From the NCBI GenBank assembly GCA_048939015.1, contig JBHLPW010000105.1, forward strand, positions 1-10,142: 10,142 nucleotides of DNA, read 5' to 3'. Below the pieces are notes generated by a model. It was not told where the DNA came from and made no database searches. It worked only from the letters and a program-made list of their open reading frames with translations. The first letter of the stretch is position 1. Each line of letters starts with the position of its first letter. Shown piece by piece: positions 1 through 7,218 of this stretch. This stretch comes from Promethearchaeota archaeon. GTDB lineage: Archaea; Asgardarchaeota; Lokiarchaeia; Sigyniarchaeales; SOKP01. The position numbers and the translations under genes are program-made.

Positions 1-1511
1 TGTCCAATTCCAGCAATATGAATTCCAAAATAAGGGATTATTAATTTATAAGCATTAATATGCTCACAATTTATCTCAACTTCCTTAACTCTTGTAAAAG
101 TAAATTTACTAAAAATTTCCCATAATTTCATTGTAGTTAATGTTTTATAATCATTTTGAATTAGGTATTTTAAAGTTTTAAGTAATCTATATTCAGAAAT
201 GTTCTTTTTAAATTGCTCTTGAGAACATTTAGCAGCTATGAATGGTATATTTTTTCGTTCTGCTAACATCCTTAGAGAGATTTTATACATTCTTTTCATT
301 TCTTCATTAATCTTTTTCATCCATGGATTGAGATTAATTACTATATCTTTTCCTCTAGCAAATTTCCCATATTCAGGTAAATCAGGAATAAATTCTCGTA
401 ATTTTTTTAAATTCGCTTTACTATTTATAGCAAGTACGTAGGAATCATGCCAAGTTGGATGCTTTTTATTATCAAACTCTCTTGTTTTAAATTCTGCTAC
501 AACACCAAATCTTTTTAATAAAAAATTCAATCCAAATATCAACTTTTTCGAAGAAGAATTTAGTCTGTATAATACATCACGAGAGGGGGATGCTTGAAAC
601 TCTCGATTACGAATATAATCTCCTATTGAACCATCCCCTTTAGTGAATCCTACTAGAAATCCCTTGACACATTCTTTTGGAGCGTTATACATGAAAGGAG
701 GAATTTCTTTAAGGGGTGCATATTTTGGCTTTAAACCTATTCCAATAGTAAAGATTAACTTTGCTAACTGGGAGTAAGCATCTACAGTATAAACTGTATC
801 ATATCTCTTTTTATCATGTTTTCCAATAGATGGTGAAAATCCAAAATTATTTTCAACTAGAACTGATACTTTTTCTATTTCAGCTTTTTGATTACCACAA
901 GATACCACTACTTGGTTCATGGAACCTTCTGAACAATAGTGCCCTAAAATATAACCTAGATCAAAATCCTTTTTAATAAATCTAAATGCTTTAGTACGAG
1001 CCCTTTTTACGTATTCAATTCCGTCTTCTTCAAAAACTTCTCCGCAATTAGAAAAATCTAAAGGAGAATGATTTTCAATAATATTAATTTGTCGAGGCAT
1101 CAAGATTGGCATACCTACTTCAATTTTTTTTACAGGAATTTTGATAATATTTAAATTTTTATCAACACTAAGGAGTGAATGATGTTCTGATAAGGATAAA
1201 GTTCCATGCTTAAAAGCTATTTTATAAGAAATACTATTTGGATATTCTATAATTTGATCTATTTTTATATTTCTTAAATTACTATTTTTATCTAATCCAA
1301 AAATATATGAATTATTACTTATTTGACGATTATCTAGTTCTGCTAACTCATAAGTTTTTAAATCACTGTTATATATTAAAATAAGCTCATTTTCTATTGT
1401 TTTGATATTAGGCTTTTCTTTGCCAATAACATTACAAAAGTTCTTAGAAGTATTTTTCTTATAGTTCCAATATGGTTTATTACTCTTTTTACAAAAATCT
1501 TCATTATCCAT
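1..1511 (-). CDS. Intein-derived Hint + LAGLIDADG (DOD) homing endonuclease-like protein, apparently free-standing; 3' end runs off the left window edge
   Basis: Hand translation shows an uninterrupted minus-strand frame from ATG 1511 (alternative TTG 1556; in-frame TAA at 1559-1557) to base 3, 503 codons. Motifs in order: degenerate block A region KTIENELILIY, block B GTLSLSEHHSLL...IEVGMPILMPR, LAGLIDADG motif 1 LGYILGHYCSEGS (959-921), block D APLKEIPPFMYNAPKE, motif 2 FLVGFTKGDGS (659-627), block H-like SSSKKLIFGLNFLLKRFGV, and C-terminal Hint strands FTRVKEVEI...AYKLIIPYFGIHIAGIG at the edge. Confidence 0.9.
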   Translation of the reverse strand, partial: MDNEDFCKKSNKPYWNYKKNTSKNFCNVIGKEKPNIKTIENELILIYNSDLKTYELAELDNRQISNNSYIFGLDKNSNLRNIKIDQIIEYPNSISYKIAFKHGTLSLSEHHSLLSVDKNLNIIKIPVKKIEVGMPILMPRQINIIENHSPLDFSNCGEVFEEDGIEYVKRARTKAFRFIKKDFDLGYILGHYCSEGSMNQVVVSCGNQKAEIEKVSVLVENNFGFSPSIGKHDKKRYDTVYTVDAYSQLAKLIFTIGIGLKPKYAPLKEIPPFMYNAPKECVKGFLVGFTKGDGSIGDYIRNREFQASPSRDVLYRLNSSSKKLIFGLNFLLKRFGVVAEFKTREFDNKKHPTWHDSYVLAINSKANLKKLREFIPDLPEYGKFARGKDIVINLNPWMKKINEEMKRMYKISLRMLAERKNIPFIAAKCSQEQFKKNISEYRLLKTLKYLIQNDYKTLTTMKLWEIFSKFTFTRVKEVEINCEHINAYKLIIPYFGIHIAGIG

Positions 1512-1613
1512 TATTTCATCATTATTTCTTTTATCGCTGATATTTAATTTCCACAATTATTTAAAAAAAAATCTTGATATATTTCAATTTTAAAATTTTA
1601 TCTTTTGTTATAA

Positions 1614-2048
1614 AGTCCTAAAAAAGCTGTTGTTCAATCAAGTAGAAGTTCTGCTTATTATACTAATTCTGGTCATTTACGATATGATGCTGAGATTCCA
1701 TTATCAGTATGAATCAAAAAACAAGGTGATTTTCATCCTATCGTAAATGGAAGTGTAATAACTCACATTTGGATGGGAGAGCAAAAACCAGATATTTATG
1801 GCTTATGGGAACTTACAAAAAACATCTGTCTTAATACAAACACCGCATATTTCGCGTATTCACCAGACTTTATTTATTGTCCTCATTGTAGAAAAATGTT
1901 TCGCTGAGGAACTTTTGTATGTCCTCAGTGTTAATCAAGAGATGTAAACGTGTATTCAAGAGTTACAGGATATTACAGTGAAGTAAATAGATACAATCCC
2001 GGAAAAAGGGCTGAATGGAAAACTCGTAAACGAGAAACCATTTTTTAG
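1614..2048 (+). pseudogene. nrdD: 3'-terminal fragment of class III (anaerobic) ribonucleoside-triphosphate reductase, copy 1
   Basis: Translates as SPKKAVVQSSRSSAYYTNSGHLRYDAEIPLSV*IKKQGDFHPIVNGSVITHIWMGE...CPHCRKMFR*GTFVCPQC*SRDVNVYSRVTGYYSEVNRYNPGKRAEWKTRKRETIF*. It has the NrdD YYTNS motif, CxxC/CxxC zinc site and glycyl-radical motif RVTGY. It lacks a 5' start and has three in-frame stops (TGA 1710, TGA 1905, TAA 1932). Confidence 0.92.
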
Positions 2049-2126
2049 GAATTTTTTTAACTAGTAAATTCAAAAGAGTATTTTAAATTTCATTAGAAAG
2101 TAATGTGAATTTTTTAAACATTAATG

Positions 2127-3056
2127 TTACTTATAGGCTTTAATCATCTCAATTGCCAATTTCAAGTAGCGACTACTTATTTTGGTTGGTATTTTTTGAA
2201 TATATTTCCCAGGACTAATATAACCAGGTATTGTTTTTGGAGCACGTTTAGCTGGTGAAAGAGTTTTCTTTTTCCCCCGATATGATAATTTTATAGCATG
2301 AGTTGGACAAATTCGAATACAAGTAGTACAATACATACATCGATTAAAATTAATAAGATTAGATGAATTGGAGATCTCAATTGCTGCCATTGGACAGATT
2401 CGTTCACATAAACCGCATTTATTACAAGAATGTGTATCAAATTTGATTAATCCTTTGGTAGAAGCTTTGGTAGAAGCTAATCCTTTAATAATATATCTAT
2501 ATGCATATCTAGTAAGGAATTTAAAACGAAATCTACTTAAACGTAAATTAACAAATCTATCATCTTCAGTCCAAAGTCTTTTTGCAATGAGTAAGCCAAA
2601 AGAATAACATCTATCAATGATTTCAGGAGCCCACCCTATGGGATAATATTTGTTACTACAAAAGGGTTCAGCAGTAGGAGTAGGAACTTCTAAAACACCT
2701 AAAGGTTCATAGTTCTTTTTTCTCAGTAAATCCATCGCAACTCCAGCTGAATCACATGGTATGCCAGCACTCGTGTCTATTATAAAAACAGGTGTGGTGT
2801 GGTGTGCAGATGGTAATTGGTTTAACCAAATTAGAATAATACGTGGAATCATGAATTCATATACCGGAAAGGCTAATCCAATGGCAGGATACATCTTATT
2901 TTCATCAGGAAATGGAAATTTTTTAACATTTTTAACTTTTATAAGCTTGACTTGAATATTTTTATCTTGAAATCCACGTTGTACCAATTCAGAACAATAT
3001 TTGGTATTTCCAGAGCCAGAAAAATAATATAATGGGATTCTTCCTTGATTTGACAT
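2127..3056 (-). CDS. Flavodoxin-ferredoxin fusion (EFR1-like) with two 4Fe-4S motifs
   Basis: N-terminal flavodoxin loop YYFSGSGNT and GLAFPVY; C-terminal CNKCGLCERICP and CMYCTTCIRICP. Confidence 0.88.
   Translation of the reverse strand: MSNQGRIPLYYFSGSGNTKYCSELVQRGFQDKNIQVKLIKVKNVKKFPFPDENKMYPAIGLAFPVYEFMIPRIILIWLNQLPSAHHTTPVFIIDTSAGIPCDSAGVAMDLLRKKNYEPLGVLEVPTPTAEPFCSNKYYPIGWAPEIIDRCYSFGLLIAKRLWTEDDRFVNLRLSRFRFKFLTRYAYRYIIKGLASTKASTKGLIKFDTHSCNKCGLCERICPMAAIEISNSSNLINFNRCMYCTTCIRICPTHAIKLSYRGKKKTLSPAKRAPKTIPGYISPGKYIQKIPTKISSRYLKLAIEMIKAYK
2453..2478. repeat. Perfect 12-bp tandem duplication within the flavodoxin-ferredoxin linker
   Basis: CTTTGGTAGAAG x2 + CT; gives ASTKASTK in the protein. 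Confidence 0.85.
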
Positions 3057-3110
3057 TTTACTCGTCTAAATATAAATTTTTAAGTTTATTAATTTAAGAA
3101 AATATTTAAG

Positions 3111-3130
3111 GATTTCATTTTTTTGAAATC
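3111..3130. promoter_or_regulatory. Candidate operator (inverted repeat) in a divergent promoter region
   Basis: GATTTCA-N6-TGAAATC perfect 7-bp arms, in the 130-bp gap between the flavodoxin-ferredoxin gene and the wHTH regulator. Confidence 0.55.
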
Positions 3131-3186
3131 AAGAATATTAAATCTTTAAATTATTGGCAATATTAATAAATATTAATTGATGCATT

Positions 3187-3690
3187 ATGAAAGATGATTT
3201 TCAACAAAAATTTTTAAAGATTATAGGATCTTCCTATCAAGATTATGGATTTCCTCCTATTTGCGGTTGGATTGAAGCTCTTTTGGGCATTAAAAAAAAA
3301 GGATTGACACAAGTTGAAATCTCTTATTTATTGTCTACAATAATGGATGATAAGAATATAGGAACTTCAGTTTCATCGGTAAACAGAGCCTTAAAGATCT
3401 TAGTTCCTTATGGTTCAGTAATCAGAAAAGGTACAGCTAAAGAAGGGTATCAATATGAGTTAAACACAAATCCAGAGTTTTTCGACATGTTTATACAAAA
3501 CTTTATTAATGTTAACAAGATAACGTTGCGATCATTAGAGAAATTAAAACAAAATTGTTTAAAAGCAGAAGACACCAATTTAATTGAAGCTATTGAAAAT
3601 GAAATTGTTTACTTGAAATACATGGATGATTACCTGATAGAAAGTAAGAAGATTTTAGACTCTTTTAAAAAAAAATATTTTAAAGGCTGA
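3187..3690 (+). CDS. GbsR/MarR-like winged-helix transcriptional regulator
   Basis: YGFPPICGWIEALL...GLTQVEIS...TSVSSVNRALKILVPYGSVIRKG fits the GbsR (COG1510-like) N-terminal wHTH pattern, followed by a helical C-terminal region; divergent from the flavodoxin-ferredoxin gene. Confidence 0.75.
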   Translation: MKDDFQQKFLKIIGSSYQDYGFPPICGWIEALLGIKKKGLTQVEISYLLSTIMDDKNIGTSVSSVNRALKILVPYGSVIRKGTAKEGYQYELNTNPEFFDMFIQNFINVNKITLRSLEKLKQNCLKAEDTNLIEAIENEIVYLKYMDDYLIESKKILDSFKKKYFKG

Positions 3691-3768
3691 CAATCTATTT
3701 TATACTTCACATATATTCTCAAGGATAGGAGTCTGAACTATTTAAATAATAAAAATATCAATATATGA

Positions 3769-4227
3769 TTTCTTTCTCAATTAATACAACAAACAGGAAA
3801 AAAATTTAATGAACTTGAACCAGAAGGATGGTATAGTACTAAAGTAATTGACCGTGTTTTAAATTTATACGCTGAAGCTTCTCCAATAGGATTAACCGCA
3901 ATTGTTACAATGGGTAGAAATGTTTATCCTCTCATTAATAGAACAGTAGGAATACCCCCTGAGAAGATAAAGACTATATTAGATGCAATAATGTTTGAAA
4001 CTGAAAATTTTCTTATAGACCATCAGAGTGATGAAGTTTCTCAAGTCGTCCCTAGAAAAATAATAGAAAAAAGTGATCGTCGCATTGTTATAGAAGCACC
4101 TGCACCAGGATATAACCCTCTATTGTATAAAGGTGTATATTTAGGAATCTTAAATATGTTAGGCAAAAATACTGGAAAGGTCGAAATGATTGATAAAAAT
4201 AAAGCAATATTTGAAATTACTTGGTAA
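3769..4227 (+). pseudogene. 5'-truncated or start-less gene for a small V4R/H-NOX-like ligand-binding protein
   Basis: The frame of ORF 3910..4227 stays open and protein-like upstream to a TGA at 3766-3768 (FLSQLIQQTGKKFNELEPEGWYSTKVIDRVLNLYAEASPIGLTAIVTMGR...), with no in-frame ATG/GTG/TTG before 3910. The EPEGWY motif, the YxGxxxG helix and the terminal FEITW are reminiscent of V4R/HNOB-like proteins. Family call is from pattern memory. Confidence 0.5.
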
Positions 4228-4300
4228 ATAGTATAAAAAGTAGAAATACCAATCAACTTTATTTATTATATACCTAAAATTCAATCATTACTATGCAAAT

Positions 4301-4462
4301 GGTAGAAAAATGTTCAGAGGAACTCAATTTAGTTGTCCAAGATGTAGTTCTGGAAATGTAAAAGTCTATTCAAGAGTTGCTGAATATTATAGTGAAGTGA
4401 ATAGATATAATCTTGGAAAAAAGGCTGAATGGGAAACTCGTAAAAAATATAATTATTTATAA
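4301..4462 (+). pseudogene. nrdD: 3'-terminal fragment of nrdD, copy 2 (radical glycine lost)
   Basis: GRKMFRGTQFSCPRCSSGNVKVYSRVAEYYSEVNRYNLGKKAEWETRKKYNYL*; colinear with 1887-2030; RVTG is changed to RVAE. An ATG at 4310 would give a 50-aa ORF. Confidence 0.85.
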
Positions 4463-4583
4463 TTTACAAAAGTAAATTAGAAAATAGTAAAATCACCTAA
4501 AAAAAAAGTTTGTAAACGTGAGTTTCTTAAATTATAATTGCACCATTTCTATTTTTTATATATTATCACATATTATAGAGTAT

Positions 4584-4901
4584 ATGATTAATGAAAACTT
4601 TCTAAAAGAAGCTCAAGATATAGTAGATAAGTGGATCCGAGATCATGGAGGGTATTGGCCTCCATTATCGATGACTTGTGCTATTATGGAAGAATTAGGA
4701 GAAATAGCTAGAGAAATCAATGCTATTGAAGGATATAAACCCAAAAAATTAAGAATTTTAGATTCTAATCTAGGTGAAGAATTAGCGGATCTACTATTTT
4801 CAGTCATTTGTATAGGAAACTATTTTGAAATTGATTTAGGAAAAGAATTTAATAATATAATAAAAAAATATTCAAGAAGAGACTCAAATCGTTTTAAATA
4901 A
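4584..4901 (+). CDS. MazG-like nucleotide pyrophosphohydrolase (YpjD-like)
   Basis: GGYWPPLSM...MEELGEIAREIN...LGEELADLLF (ExxE and EExxD metal-binding helices). ATG 4584 (MINENFLKEAQ) is preferred over GTG 4518. Confidence 0.9.
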   Translation: MINENFLKEAQDIVDKWIRDHGGYWPPLSMTCAIMEELGEIAREINAIEGYKPKKLRILDSNLGEELADLLFSVICIGNYFEIDLGKEFNNIIKKYSRRDSNRFK

Positions 4902-5032
4902 CATAAGGTAGAGTTAAAATCATCCTCTTTAATAATTTAACAATTTTAATTGTAATTTATAAAATTTTAATTGTTTAAATTCTTCTACTTTATGAAGAAA
5001 TTACAAAGATTGACCAAGTTAAAAACGTAACA

Positions 5033-6211
5033 ATGTTAAAAGAAGGATTAGAAAAGCAAGAAATAATAAAAATTCTTAATGATAAATTAAAAACAGATTA
5101 TTCATACAAATCAGGTTCTATATTGGGTTCTATGTGTACTGAACCTTTAGCTCTTGCTGTTGAAATCTATATGAATTATGTTGCTAAAAATTTAGGAGAT
5201 CCTGGCTTATTTTCAGGAACAGCTGAATTAGAAGCAGAATTAGTTTCTGAAATTGGTGAACTTTTTGGAGGGAAAGAGATAATAGGGACTTTCACTACTG
5301 GTGGTTCAGAATCAAACTTAATAGCTATGAGGATTGCGAAAAAATTAAGACCTGATATTTCTTTTCCAGAAGTAGTTTTACCTTGTTCAGCACATATATC
5401 TTTTGATAAAGCAGCTGATTTACTTGGAATTAAACTTAGAAAAGCAAGATTGAAAGATAATTTTGAATTAGATCTTGACCATTTTCATTCTTTAATAAAT
5501 AGTAATACTTGTGGTGTTGTGGGAATTGCAGGAACTACTTCGCTAGGTTTGATTGATCCAATAAAAGATATTGGGAAAATGGTGGAGGGAAAAGATATTT
5601 TTTTTCATATCGATGCCGCTTTTGGAGGATTTATTTTACCTTTTCTCAAAGAAATGAACTATATTTTACCCTCATGGGACTTTTCTGTAAAGTCAGTTGA
5701 TTCAATTACCGCAGATCCTCATAAGATGGGATTAGGAATCATTCCTTCTGGTGGTTTTTTCTTAAGAGATTCTTCAATTTTGCAAAAAACAGGATTTGAG
5801 ATTCCATATTTAGCAGGAGGGACTTTTAAACACTTTCATATAGTAGGAACTAGATCAGGGGGAACTGTCATAGCATTTTGGGTAATAATGAAAGCTTTGG
5901 GAATTAATGGATTTAAAGATGTCATAAAAAGCTGTATGACAAACACACAATATTTAATTAAGCGAGTAAATGAAATTAAAGGTATTAAATTAGCTACTAA
6001 ACCGATGATAAATGTTGTTGGAATTACAACTGAAAATAATGAAAGTATTTGTAAAATTGATGAGGAATTACGAAAGAGAAATTGGATGGTTGGAAAGTTT
6101 GAAGAATTCAATCTTATTAGAGTTGTGATTATGCCTCATGTGCAAAAAAATCATCTACATAATTTTGCAGTTGATTTAGAGAAAATATTAAAAAAACTAA
6201 AAATTTCTTAG
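5033..6211 (+). CDS. mfnA: Archaeal L-tyrosine/L-aspartate decarboxylase (group II PLP-dependent)
   Basis: ILGSMCTEP, NLGDPGLFSGT, TTGGSESN, HIDAAFGG and the PLP-lysine motif SITADPHKMG; 392 aa. Confidence 0.9.
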   Translation: MLKEGLEKQEIIKILNDKLKTDYSYKSGSILGSMCTEPLALAVEIYMNYVAKNLGDPGLFSGTAELEAELVSEIGELFGGKEIIGTFTTGGSESNLIAMRIAKKLRPDISFPEVVLPCSAHISFDKAADLLGIKLRKARLKDNFELDLDHFHSLINSNTCGVVGIAGTTSLGLIDPIKDIGKMVEGKDIFFHIDAAFGGFILPFLKEMNYILPSWDFSVKSVDSITADPHKMGLGIIPSGGFFLRDSSILQKTGFEIPYLAGGTFKHFHIVGTRSGGTVIAFWVIMKALGINGFKDVIKSCMTNTQYLIKRVNEIKGIKLATKPMINVVGITTENNESICKIDEELRKRNWMVGKFEEFNLIRVVIMPHVQKNHLHNFAVDLEKILKKLKIS

Positions 6212-6346
6212 GATTCAAATAGAAATTTTTTAAAATTTCTTTCTTAAATAATATGATTAGAAAAAAAATATATTTATCACAAAGTATTATTAATTTATTA
6301 GGAAGGTTATTTGGGAGTTAAATTTCTAAAATTTAGAATCTGGACT

Positions 6347-7120
6347 ATGGTCAAAGAAAAGAAAACACTTGGAATTAAGACAACAAGATATTTTACAAAA
6401 AATTGTTCCAAATGTAATTTTGAATATCCTAATTGGTTTACTAATTGTCCTAAATGCGGAGCCGCGTGGGATGACACTAAAATACCCACTACTTCAAAAG
6501 AGGCTCATAAAAAAACAATCAAAATTGTCGTAAAGATAACAGAAGAAACATTTAATAAAGCTATAATTTCAGTAAATTTAGTATTTAGTGCGGATCAGGG
6601 CAAATCTTGGTACCAAATGAATATGGATTCTAAATTGGATTATTACATAGCTGAAATTGCTGAAGTTCCTATCGGGTCGACCATAATTTATTATGTAGAT
6701 GTATATTTAGAAGATGGTGAAAGAATAATCGAAAATAATGATAATAAATATTTTTTCTACAAAGTTGGAGTTCCAATTGAAGAATCTGAACCTGAAACTC
6801 CCAAACCAGAACGTAAAGTGTTAGAAAAGAATATCGCTGAAACACCTATTAAACCTCAAAAGTATATTAAACCTCCTGTAGAATTACCACCAGAAAAAGT
6901 TCATGTCTCTAGAGAAATGATTGAGAAATCCACTTTAGTTCCACGAGAACAAATCAAAGTTCCAGAAGAAGATCTTCCTTCTGAATATAGTAAAGTACAA
7001 CCAACTATTTTTGGGAAGCCACAAACACAAATCGATCCTGAACTAAAAATTTGCATTCACTGTAAATCAAAAATTAAAAGAATGTGGAGTGTTTGTCCAA
7101 TTTGCGGAAAATCACTCTAA
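6347..7120 (+). CDS. Hypothetical protein: N-terminal zinc ribbon, Ig-like beta-sandwich, Pro/Glu/Lys-rich linker, C-terminal zinc ribbon
   Basis: CSKC-x10-CPKC; beta-rich FSADQGKSWYQMNM...YIAEIAEVPIGSTIIYYV segment; CIHC-x10-CPICGKSL. ATG 6347 is preferred over TTG 6311. Confidence 0.8.
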   Translation: MVKEKKTLGIKTTRYFTKNCSKCNFEYPNWFTNCPKCGAAWDDTKIPTTSKEAHKKTIKIVVKITEETFNKAIISVNLVFSADQGKSWYQMNMDSKLDYYIAEIAEVPIGSTIIYYVDVYLEDGERIIENNDNKYFFYKVGVPIEESEPETPKPERKVLEKNIAETPIKPQKYIKPPVELPPEKVHVSREMIEKSTLVPREQIKVPEEDLPSEYSKVQPTIFGKPQTQIDPELKICIHCKSKIKRMWSVCPICGKSL

Positions 7121-7192
7121 ATTGAGTGCTTTTTAATTGATTAATACTAGGATTTTTTGAAAATATTATTTAGAAGAAAAATGTAGATAAAT

Positions 7193-7207
7193 GATCCAAT
7201 TTGGATC
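7193..7207. terminator. Small inverted repeat between convergent genes, possible terminator element
   Basis: GATCCAA-T-TTGGATC, just downstream of the GTPase stop codon and flanked by T-tracts on the minus strand. Confidence 0.25.
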
Positions 7208-7218
7208 TAAATAAAAAA

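Larger units (their letters stand above)
1..4462. mobile_element. Putative nrdD-targeting homing/3'-replacement array (WHO-element-like); left boundary outside the window
   Basis: Inferred from an extein-less intein-type nuclease adjacent to two directly oriented, diverged nrdD 3' remnants with cargo between them. Confidence 0.45.

Noticed and set aside
238-441. 67-aa + strand ORF
   Set aside because: Antisense shadow of the intein-derived nuclease gene.
1710-1934. Stop-codon recoding (Sec or alternative code) rescuing the nrdD fragment
   Set aside because: The stops are mixed TGA and TAA, they do not fall at Cys positions, TGA 1905 aligns with GGA in copy 2 (a single-base nonsense change), the fragment has no 5' part, and TGA terminates the gene ending at 3690 normally.
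2368-2955. Two short + strand ORFs (2368..2607, 2761..2955)
   Set aside because: Antisense to the flavodoxin-ferredoxin gene; no motifs.
4041-4256. 71-aa minus-strand ORF
   Set aside because: Antisense shadow of the 3769..4227 frame.
2063-4490. Similar AGTAAATT...AGTA strings after the stop codons of both nrdD fragments (about 2063 and 4471)
   Set aside because: May be homologous 3' UTRs, but too short and AT-rich to support.
6221-6338. Palindromes AGAAATTTT-TT-AAAATTTCT (6221-6240) and TTCTAAA-A-TTTAGAA (6324-6338)
   Set aside because: Almost entirely A/T in an AT-rich gap; plausible by chance.
5836-6489. Short minus-strand ORFs 5836..6111 and 6307..6489
   Set aside because: Antisense to mfnA and to the zinc-ribbon gene.
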